Positions 10,901 to 18,068 of a stretch of DNA of 26,015 nucleotides are shown piece by piece. Below the pieces are notes generated by a model that was not told where the DNA came from, did no database searches, and saw only the letters and a list, made by a program, of their open reading frames with translations. The DNA lies in the NCBI GenBank assembly GCA_051532055.1, contig JAOPTX010000082.1, positions 1 through 26,015 on the forward strand. The letters run 5' to 3'. The stretch is from Fibrobacterales bacterium (lineage in GTDB: Bacteria > Fibrobacterota > Fibrobacteria > Fibrobacterales > JAOPTW01). The stretch's first letter is position 1. Each line of letters begins with the position of its first letter. Made by a program: the position numbers and the translations under genes.

Positions 10901-13379
10901 AAATGAACAGTTTAATGATATACATTACCGTTGCCGAGTTATCGCGACCTATGGATTTTTTGTTCATCATTACAATGAACACTGGAGCACCCTTACCCCC
11001 CTTTTCCAAAAAGGGCTGGAGGCAGGCCATCTATCGGGAGACTACCAGTACTATGCACGGTGCGCACTCTATGGCGCTATCTGGAACCCCATGTACTCGC
11101 TGGAAGAGTCGTGCCATGAACAGGAAAAAGCCCAAGAGATAATTAAAAACACCGGATATCCGGATGCCCTTGATGGCTCCGAGCTCTTTCTACAAATGAC
11201 CAGAAACTTTCGTGGAGAGACCGATGATCGTCTCACGATGAATGACAAAAAGTTTAATGAAGAAGAGTGCCTCCAAAGAATGCAGGATCGAAAATTCCTT
11301 TCGGGCTGCACCATTTATTATTTCTGGAAGAGTGAAATCTATTTCTTTTACGAAGAATTTGAGCTGGCTCTTGAGACTGCTCAAAAGGGATATGATATCA
11401 TTGGACCTCTTATTGGTTCTCCTTATGAAGTACGATTTGTCATTCAGTATTTTCTCTGTTTAGCTGCGTGCTATCCAAAGCGCAGCTTTAGCGAGCGTGC
11501 AAATATCCGCAAAAAGATGAAGATTGAGTATAAGAAAATGAAGGTCTGGGCAGATCACTGCCCCGTCAACTTCTTACATCTACAACTCATTATGGAAGCA
11601 GAGCTCGCGCGCTTGACCGATAATACCGAATTGGCTCCAGCACTGTATGATCAGGCTATTGAAACAGCCAACACCAATGAATGGCTCAGAGACAAAGCAC
11701 TCGCCAATGAACTCGCTGCACGTTACTATCTGGGAATTAACCGTGAGAATGTAGCCGGCATGTATATGCGTGAGGCCTACTACCTCTATTCTCTGTGGGG
11801 TGCTCACGCAAAGTTAAAATACCTAGAAGAAGAATACTCATCACTCATTGCTGAATGGCTTCAAGACAAGGCTATTGAGTTGGCTACGCGCGCCGGTTCT
11901 AGCAGATGGGAGTCACGTACGGGTACACGATTTAGTACACACGGCAAAACAAGAACCAGAACCAGAACCCGCTCCCGACTCAGCACCCATTCAGGTACTG
12001 CAACAGCAGTTACCAACTCCTCTTCTACACTGGATATTTCGGAGATACTCGACCTAGAAACGGTAATAAAAGCCTCTCATGCAATCTCAGGTGAAATAGA
12101 ACTAGAGATACTCCTTAAAAAAATGATGGCAATCATAATAGAAAGTTCAGGAGCTCAATCCGCATACCTCATGCTTGAAAAAGATTCCGAATGGCTGGTA
12201 GAGGCAGAAGCAAATGTAAACACCGATCAGGGAACCATTTTGCAGTCAATACCTATAAAAGATGAATCGGTACTGATTTCACGGCCTATGATAAACTATG
12301 TTGCCCACACCAAAGAAACTATTGTAATTGACAATGCCGGCACCGACCAACGATATGCGCACGATAGCTATATCTCAACCCATAAACCCAAATCAGTACT
12401 CTGCACCCCCGTTATGCGTCAGGGAACCATTATCGGAGTTCTGTATCTGGAAAACAATGCGACAGCCGGTACATTTACTTATGACCGACTCGAGACCTTA
12501 AAAATATTATCAACACAGATGGCGATCTCTATTGAAAATGCCCGGTACTACGCTTCACTCAAAGTGGCCAAGGCCGAACTGGAAGAATACAGTCAAAACC
12601 TTGAGCGAAAAGTAGAAGAACGCACCATAGATCTGAATCATCAGTCCGCCGAGTTGCAGAAAACCAATGCGCAATTAAAGCGCCATCAGGCTATGCAAAA
12701 ACAGTGGCTTTCAGATATTTCTCATGAACTCAGAACTCCTCTTACTATCCTACAGAACGAGATACAAGCGATTGAAGATGGTATCATTGAGATTACGAAA
12801 GAATCGGTACACTCACTCCTTGAAGAGACAGAACGGATTCAGAAGATTATCGGTGACCTCCATGAACTCTCACTCGGTGAGAGTGGCGCACTTATTGTAC
12901 AAAAAGAACTTTTCAATCCCGTTACCGTACTGACAAACGACATTATGTTTTTCAGAAATAAATTTTCTGAAAATGATGTCGAGGTTGAACTTGATTTACA
13001 AGGGACTGAAGATACTCTTATTATCGCAGACAAAGTCCGCTTGAAACAAATTTTTACTAACCTGCTTAAAAATTCTATTAAATATACCGACAGCCCGGGA
13101 CACCTTAAGATTAGCGCTTTTATTCAAAGCAATAGTATTCATATTAATTTTGAAGATTCTCACCCAGGCGTTAATAATTCTGATTTACCCTATCTATTTG
13201 ACCGACTCTACCGTACCGAAGAAGCACATTTTGGTACCCAAAGCGGAAGCGGTCTCGGTTTATCTATCTGCAAAATGCTCACAGATTTTATGGGAGGCAC
13301 CATCAGTGCCGATCATTCACCACTTGGTGGTGTAAAGTTTTCACTACAATTCCCTGTTGCCACAATGGAGGCTCCTTGA
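7974..13379 (+). CDS. Multidomain Ser/Thr kinase - AAA ATPase - helical repeat - GAF - histidine kinase
   Basis: Kinase motifs IVLK, IIHKDINPTNIL, IIDFG, YISPEQTGRMNR, SDYYSLG; Walker A GYSGVGKS and Walker B FFLDDLQWAD; GAF (INYVAHTKETIVIDNA...SVLCTP...GVLYLENN); H-box ISHELRTPL; N-box NLLKNSIKYT; G-box GSGLGLSIC. Confidence 0.95.
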   Translation: MSIESNRELLGEKIHETSHTAIYQTTRDSDEKSIVLKALSKKYPEAHDIARIKREYEITSKLQHIDGVIEIYSLEKYSQSNFAISMEHFGVSFADILRSGKTLSLDFFFNSAIKLVETLGEIHQCNIIHKDINPTNILCDSDTGAVRIIDFGISSELSKERQDINVYQRLEGSLPYISPEQTGRMNRDLDYRSDYYSLGVTFYELLTGHTPFQANDILGWIHSHITKVPNAANLTGMNVPIPLCDIILKLLSKNAEDRYQSAYGLIYDLKKTLEQWKQKISTPFELGRFDISHKFQIPQKLYGREEEVKVLLDVFAEVSFGQTEMILVSGYSGVGKSALVQEIQKPIVRDAGYFIEGKFDILKSSTPYSAITQAFQSLVQQLLAQPGDVIEFWKDILLRALGRNAQVLLDFIPDLEMIIGEQPPVPALSPNESQNRFHHVFLDFIKVLAQEDHPLVFFLDDLQWADIPSLNLLEKIFKTDTLSHLLCIGVYRSNEVESGHPLLQTLDEIDKVKEVNTLIVEALNEVSVSQLVADSLQCTEEESYTLSALIYSKTKGNPFFIGEMLKNLFKDGSITFNNQIGKWEWDMTEINKVSISDNVISFMVESLQKISTDVQRALQIAACIGNQFDLKTLSTVLKCTMDVANHKLEGPLSQGLIIPLNESYKFISHTPSGSMSDLNPRYAFQHDYIHQAAYALVNTGIEQVHLEIGRMLFSSTATRDLDKRKPDIVRHLNVGRNLITDDIEQEELVQLNLEVGLQAKKSNAYPSALEFAEIGLGLLFEDPWEKQYDVTLALKTLYVQCSYLMGRDEISETTITEILSHTKSNLEKAETLNIRSYQYITRGKLEKAILSGLEGLSLLETKLPYKPNKFRLMKEILHIKLLLRKHTIPGLINNPVMSEPIPKMAIQLLSEISPAALFTGNVNLVALTTLRQVVLSLQFGNTPQSAFSYTTFGGIISFKLRNYSLGYEFGKLGLALNEQFNDIHYRCRVIATYGFFVHHYNEHWSTLTPLFQKGLEAGHLSGDYQYYARCALYGAIWNPMYSLEESCHEQEKAQEIIKNTGYPDALDGSELFLQMTRNFRGETDDRLTMNDKKFNEEECLQRMQDRKFLSGCTIYYFWKSEIYFFYEEFELALETAQKGYDIIGPLIGSPYEVRFVIQYFLCLAACYPKRSFSERANIRKKMKIEYKKMKVWADHCPVNFLHLQLIMEAELARLTDNTELAPALYDQAIETANTNEWLRDKALANELAARYYLGINRENVAGMYMREAYYLYSLWGAHAKLKYLEEEYSSLIAEWLQDKAIELATRAGSSRWESRTGTRFSTHGKTRTRTRTRSRLSTHSGTATAVTNSSSTLDISEILDLETVIKASHAISGEIELEILLKKMMAIIIESSGAQSAYLMLEKDSEWLVEAEANVNTDQGTILQSIPIKDESVLISRPMINYVAHTKETIVIDNAGTDQRYAHDSYISTHKPKSVLCTPVMRQGTIIGVLYLENNATAGTFTYDRLETLKILSTQMAISIENARYYASLKVAKAELEEYSQNLERKVEERTIDLNHQSAELQKTNAQLKRHQAMQKQWLSDISHELRTPLTILQNEIQAIEDGIIEITKESVHSLLEETERIQKIIGDLHELSLGESGALIVQKELFNPVTVLTNDIMFFRNKFSENDVEVELDLQGTEDTLIIADKVRLKQIFTNLLKNSIKYTDSPGHLKISAFIQSNSIHINFEDSHPGVNNSDLPYLFDRLYRTEEAHFGTQSGSGLGLSICKMLTDFMGGTISADHSPLGGVKFSLQFPVATMEAP

Positions 13380-14110
13380 GCGATACCCAAATGATACTGA
13401 TAGTCGAAGATGAAGTAAAAATTGCAACAATGCATGAAAAATACATGCAAGCTGCCGGTTACAATACTCATGTATTGCACCGTGGAGACGTTGTTGAAGC
13501 ATTTGTAAAGAGTAATACTGTTGACCTCATTATTTTGGATGGGGCACTCCCCGGTAAAGATGGTTTTGATGTCTGCCGGAGTATCAGAGAATTTTCTGAA
13601 GTACCCATTATTATTGTTTCGGCACGGGCTGAGGATATCGATCGCCTGATCGGTCTTGAGATTGGGGCAGATGATTATATCTGTAAACCATTTAACATCC
13701 GTGAAGTGGTAGCCCGAGTTAAAGTGGTTCTCAAACGTTCACATTCAGTAGAGACTCAAGCTGATCATAAACTCTCTGTCGGACCTATAGCCCTTGATAA
13801 CCTTCTAAAGAAAGCTTTAGTCAATGAGATTGATCTTGATTTAACTGCTACACAATTTACCATGCTCTATACCTTTATAAAAAACCCTGGGCGAGTTTAT
13901 TCACGTAAGGAGCTCGTGCAGAGTGCATCAGGGTATGAGTTTGACGGCTATGATTTTGAAGGATATAATCGCACCATTGATACGCATATTAAAAACATCC
14001 GGAAAAAACTTGAAGCAGTTCTTGGCTCCAAAAGGATTATCAGCTCCGTATATGGCGCGGGATATCGCTTTGATGCTGATGAGCTTGAGGCGTGTTCGAT
14101 TACTGGGTAA
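13376..14110 (+). CDS. OmpR/PhoB-family response regulator, BaeR-like
   Basis: Receiver ILIVEDE, DLIILD, SAR, GADDYICKPF; winged helix PGRVYSR...RTIDTHIKNIRKKL...SVYGAGYRF; TTG start overlaps kinase TGA (TTGA) with GGAGG RBS. Confidence 0.94.
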   Translation: MSDTQMILIVEDEVKIATMHEKYMQAAGYNTHVLHRGDVVEAFVKSNTVDLIILDGALPGKDGFDVCRSIREFSEVPIIIVSARAEDIDRLIGLEIGADDYICKPFNIREVVARVKVVLKRSHSVETQADHKLSVGPIALDNLLKKALVNEIDLDLTATQFTMLYTFIKNPGRVYSRKELVQSASGYEFDGYDFEGYNRTIDTHIKNIRKKLEAVLGSKRIISSVYGAGYRFDADELEACSITG

Positions 14111-14117
14111 TTTGAAT

Positions 14118-14159
14118 AAAAAAGGAATGTGAGCCAATTATCTTTTTGGCCCACATTCC
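14118..14159. terminator. Terminator between convergent genes (U-tract on minus strand)
   Basis: GGAATGTGAGCCAA...TTGGCCCACATTCC near-perfect stem preceded by AAAAAA. Confidence 0.75.
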
Positions 14160-14269
14160 CTATCCATACATTTATACCCTTACTCCATCAACAAGATGCT
14201 CTCCTACTTATCCACCATGCACAGAGAGCATTGAAGAAAGAGGAGGGCTTATTGAGGTATACACTCTCT

Positions 14270-17200
14270 TTAAAGACTTTGTCTAAATGAGACTATAACA
14301 GGAACGTCGAACCCTGAGGCATTCGCTTGACCGACATAATGAAAATTTTTCGCTTCTATGTAATACACGCCGAGCAAAGATATTTGTCCCGCGTCATTCT
14401 TTACAACATCCATCGTAATAGGGTATGAAAGTTCTATCTTACTAGACATCCAACTGTTTAAATTAAAATGTATCATCGCATTGCTAAAATCATACTCACC
14501 GTCATTCGTTACTGAAATGCCTTTGATGCCGGTATATGTCATGTAGTCGGGATAGTATCTTAAAAAAGTATCAACATCATCACATATGTCTACGCCGGGC
14601 AATTCTTCATAGATATTATATAAAACAGGACCATCAATCTCGAAAGTCATCGTTCCGTTGTCTTCAACTACCCGTGTAAAATCAAATACTTCGTCATCTG
14701 AACAGGTGAGCGCCTTCGTCGGCACTCCCTCCTCCTCTCGGTTACCATTATAATACTGCATTGAAAAATCTATTTTTAAAACACTGTTCTCATTAGGGAA
14801 CCCTAAAAAGTCAATGGCGTCAATCTCAATACTGAGTCCGTTCGTGAGGTAAGGCGTAAAAACATTAGTCATCTCTAGTCCTGCGGTATCATTATTAATG
14901 GTCCATGCATAAAAATCATTCGTATAGAATGGTGTCTCTCCTTTCCAGAACACATAAGTAGCGGTATCCTGCGAATAGACATCGACCTGAGACGTGGCAA
15001 TGGTTTGGTCACTAATGTTCGTGATTTCAACTTCAATGAGTTCACCGTTGAGGGTCTGGAATTCATCGGGTGTTATGCGGTACAGTTCAGGAAGAGCGAT
15101 ATTTGGTGAAGAAAATACACCGATGGTTGTTGCCCCAGCTGGACCTGAAGGGGCCATCCATACCCATGAGTCATTGATACCTTCACTGCCCGCTGATTCA
15201 ATAATGCGCCAATTTGGATCGAGTTCATTCCAATCAGTCCCTGAATGATTATAGACGTACAGTTGATCATTTCCCTTCGTTACCAAGGTATAATCATCAA
15301 CGGTTATCAATGGTATTTCCTGAGAGATGCCCGGGGGGATTATCGTCGTAACAAGACTGTCCCCGCCATCCGTACTGTAGATATCAATCCCAGTATCCTG
15401 AGCGATCGCTAGGGTTAGCCCAGTGCTGGAGATTGCCACAGAGTTTCCATCAACATAAAATTCACCGGCCGTCCAACTATCTGAATTTCCATCATAGTCA
15501 TAGCGCTGTACCGAACCGCTTTCCAAGGCAACGTACAAAATATTCATAGAATAGGGATTAAACACCAACGCGCGACTCGTGTATGACGACAGGCTGACAT
15601 TGGCTATTGTTGCTGTTGCAGTCCAATTACCATTTTCCCAATCAAAAATATGGATTCCATCGTCCGCGCTTACAGCCAGTCGCCCTCCCATATACTCATC
15701 GTACACGAGCGTCACTGCACCACTCGGTGTCGAATTTCCCAAATTGACATTGTCATATGACAAGTTATCTGGGTCGCTTGTGTTAACGACCATCAACGCA
15801 ACGTCTGTCGCTATCGCCAGCCGATCACCCGAGGCGGAAAACTGAGAATTAAGCTGATCAATGTCTCCGGAATAATCCACATTTATGCGTCCCCTTTGCG
15901 ACCATTCATTACCGTCATCGGTATACAGAGTGACGTTAATTTTCGACGCTGTACTGTCAATGGTTGTGATTGCTGATGCGGTATAGCCTTCAAAATAATT
16001 ATACCCACTAGCCACTGCACTGCCTATTTTACCATTAGTTGTACCATCAATACTGTCAGGAAAATTTACCGTAGATTCGAGCGTGCTATGCCAACCGTCT
16101 TCAGTGTCAAAAGTCTCCATGTTGGGTGCCGATAACCACGCCATTGGCAGCGCCCGGCTCGTTCCATCACCCATTTTGACCATTAATTTCAGTTTTGCTG
16201 AATTCCACCCTGCCCACATGGATACGCGCAGTGGATAGACCTTACCGGCTTCCAAATACACGTCATTGCCCCAATTAGATTGCTTGTCGGAGTTAGAGCA
16301 CCCCATACCCGCCAGGTTGTACAGCACCCAATTAACGCCATTATCTTCGTCATCGAACGCATTACCATCTGCATCGCGTATCATCCATGTATCTTTATTG
16401 CTGAGCGTCTTCACCGATACAGGGGTGTACTCTTTGACTCTCTTCCTGATCTTGTAGTTGAGCTCGTTGTTTGATTCACAAGCATCCTCATCGACGTTCA
16501 GTTTCCAGGAGGACTCCTGCAGGAGTGAAACTTCCTGGCCATCACTTTCAACGATCACGGCTTTGACACCACCCGTGGTTTGTGAGGCAAAATTATAGTA
16601 GCCTGTAGCAGGTACCGCCATATACGCGAAACCCTTCACCAGATACGCTTTAGACATCGGGTAGCTGGTCAAGGAAGGGCCGGACACAGACCAGTCGTAG
16701 TCCAATCCATTGCTCGTCCCCGGATACAGTAGCAAGTTTTTTACCCCCGGCTCTAATTCAGGATTGCTGTAATTCAACAGAGCCGCGTCATCCGGTTCAT
16801 CAAGAGTTATTTGCCTGTTATACATTTTACAGATCGTTTTATATTGTACAACACCATAGCCTTTTTTCCCACTACACCACCATTCAGATTCATCATTATT
16901 ATCAATAACCATTTGTTCTATGCTCTCGGTGAAATCAGCCTTCGACAGTATTGCCGCATTGGCCTTAGGTCGTATCCCGGGGTATTCACTCAATAACGTA
17001 CTATAATCATCCTGCAAATCTTTGGGAAACATCGTACTCATAAACTCGTCATCAGGCAGCATACTGTAGACAGAAAAGGCCATCGCCGCGACCCTGCTTG
17101 ATTGTACCGAGGAGTTGGCCAATATGGAGTTTGTCGCGCTTGTTTCCCCAATCCCAATGCTTGATTTAAACAAAGAATTAGCCAAAATCACGTTTGTTGT

Positions 17201-17542
17201 ACTCGTTATCCCAATTACATAGCTTTTATCTGCGTTCTTCATATCAGTATTGGTCCACACCTTGGCTTGATAAATACAATTTGAGGACAATTCACCAGGA
17301 TAAGTCCAGCTATCGGTCGACACCCAGCCCGACTCTAGAGTAGCCCCCGAACAATTATCAAGGGGCTTCAAGCTGTAATAGTAACTGCCTGCTCCTTCTG
17401 TATTAGCCTCAATCGTTGTCTCGGCCAAGACGGCAGGGCTAACCATAAGAGTAACGAGAAAACAATGGACGGCTATCAATCGGTACTTGGCAATAATGCC
17501 ATGGCCAAACGAATATGCGTTAGCGATTAGGTTATTTTTCAT
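14270..17542 (-). CDS. Large secreted hypothetical protein, paralog B (PA14-like segment plus beta-propeller-like region)
   Basis: Start reassigned to ATG 17542 (AGGAG 7 nt upstream; matches paralog MKNN start); signal peptide ending AVLA; PA14-like pattern VKGFAYMAVPATGYYNF...VYLEAGKVYPLRV; beta-rich repeats (GDRLAIA, GGRLAVS, VAISSTGLTLAIA); colinear with 18069..21395. Domain calls are tentative. Confidence 0.8.
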   Translation of the reverse strand: MKNNLIANAYSFGHGIIAKYRLIAVHCFLVTLMVSPAVLAETTIEANTEGAGSYYYSLKPLDNCSGATLESGWVSTDSWTYPGELSSNCIYQAKVWTNTDMKNADKSYVIGITSTTNVILANSLFKSSIGIGETSATNSILANSSVQSSRVAAMAFSVYSMLPDDEFMSTMFPKDLQDDYSTLLSEYPGIRPKANAAILSKADFTESIEQMVIDNNDESEWWCSGKKGYGVVQYKTICKMYNRQITLDEPDDAALLNYSNPELEPGVKNLLLYPGTSNGLDYDWSVSGPSLTSYPMSKAYLVKGFAYMAVPATGYYNFASQTTGGVKAVIVESDGQEVSLLQESSWKLNVDEDACESNNELNYKIRKRVKEYTPVSVKTLSNKDTWMIRDADGNAFDDEDNGVNWVLYNLAGMGCSNSDKQSNWGNDVYLEAGKVYPLRVSMWAGWNSAKLKLMVKMGDGTSRALPMAWLSAPNMETFDTEDGWHSTLESTVNFPDSIDGTTNGKIGSAVASGYNYFEGYTASAITTIDSTASKINVTLYTDDGNEWSQRGRINVDYSGDIDQLNSQFSASGDRLAIATDVALMVVNTSDPDNLSYDNVNLGNSTPSGAVTLVYDEYMGGRLAVSADDGIHIFDWENGNWTATATIANVSLSSYTSRALVFNPYSMNILYVALESGSVQRYDYDGNSDSWTAGEFYVDGNSVAISSTGLTLAIAQDTGIDIYSTDGGDSLVTTIIPPGISQEIPLITVDDYTLVTKGNDQLYVYNHSGTDWNELDPNWRIIESAGSEGINDSWVWMAPSGPAGATTIGVFSSPNIALPELYRITPDEFQTLNGELIEVEITNISDQTIATSQVDVYSQDTATYVFWKGETPFYTNDFYAWTINNDTAGLEMTNVFTPYLTNGLSIEIDAIDFLGFPNENSVLKIDFSMQYYNGNREEEGVPTKALTCSDDEVFDFTRVVEDNGTMTFEIDGPVLYNIYEELPGVDICDDVDTFLRYYPDYMTYTGIKGISVTNDGEYDFSNAMIHFNLNSWMSSKIELSYPITMDVVKNDAGQISLLGVYYIEAKNFHYVGQANASGFDVPVIVSFRQSL

Positions 17543-17561
17543 TTTCATTCTCCTAGAATCA

Positions 17562-17654
17562 TTTTGTGACTCTATTATGCAATTCTTCTTATTCTTCAAA
17601 TATATGGATTAAATGTGAATCGAATTTGAGTGAATAGTGAAGAGAATGTGAAGA
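17562..17654 (-). promoter_or_regulatory. Duplicated upstream regulatory segment, copy 1, with 11-bp-phased TTCAC repeats
   Basis: 93 nt matching 21416..21508 with 2 mismatches; plus-strand GTGAA at 17615, 17637, 17648 and degenerate TTGAG at 17626. Confidence 0.75.
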
Positions 17655-17690
17655 ATTAAATAAAGCTGTTATTCAATTTCACATTTTCAT

Positions 17691-17717
17691 CTGGTCATCG
17701 CTTTGTCTAAATGCGAC
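17691..17717. repeat. 27-nt imperfect direct repeat of the 3' end of paralog A
   Basis: ctggtcatcgctttgtctaaatgcgac versus ctagtcttcgctttgtctaaatgagac at 18069..18095 (24/27 identical). Confidence 0.8.
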
Positions 17718-17844
17718 AAAGAGGAGGGGGGCTGTAACGGTATTTCGAAACAAACTTTACCCCATTTCCAACCAGTGGAAATGATAAAGATAAAAGGGGG
17801 ACGGAGGTCATTCATTTGCCGGTTACCTCATCTAGCATAGAATA

Positions 17845-17868
17845 GGACCACCCGCTTGGCGGGTGGCC
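17845..17868 (-). terminator. GC-rich hairpin, probable terminator after the lectin-tail reading frame
   Basis: Minus strand GGCCACCCGC-CAA-GCGGGTGGTCC followed by TATTCT, about 15 nt past the TGA at 17883. Confidence 0.65.
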
Positions 17869-17882
17869 GTTTACAAAACAGC

Positions 17883-18068
17883 TCAGTTTGTATGGGTGGA
17901 CCACAGAGCTGTGCCGCCTTTGTAGATAACCAGATTGCCGTCGCCTTGCATAGCCAGCGTACGGTTTAGGGTGCTGATGGATTCACCGGCATCTAACTGA
18001 AATTGGCCGGCAGCGAATCTGTATGACGAAGGAACAGCCGCTTGCTCCTCGATTTGAAAATCTACAAC
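17883..18068 (-). pseudogene. Bulb-type (GNA-like) lectin coding segment in frame behind the TAG of paralog A (gene remnant or readthrough extension)
   Basis: 61 sense codons VVDFQIEEQAAVPSSYRFAAGQFQLDAGESISTLNRTLAMQGDGNLVIYKGGTALWSTHTN then TGA; contains QxDxNxVxY and the typical trailing W-S-T; no start codon with RBS of its own evident. Confidence 0.7.

Noticed and set aside
17543..17599. Longer N-terminus of paralog B given by the ORF track (start 17599)
   Set aside because: The extension lies in the duplicated promoter segment; the RBS and the paralog's start support ATG 17542.
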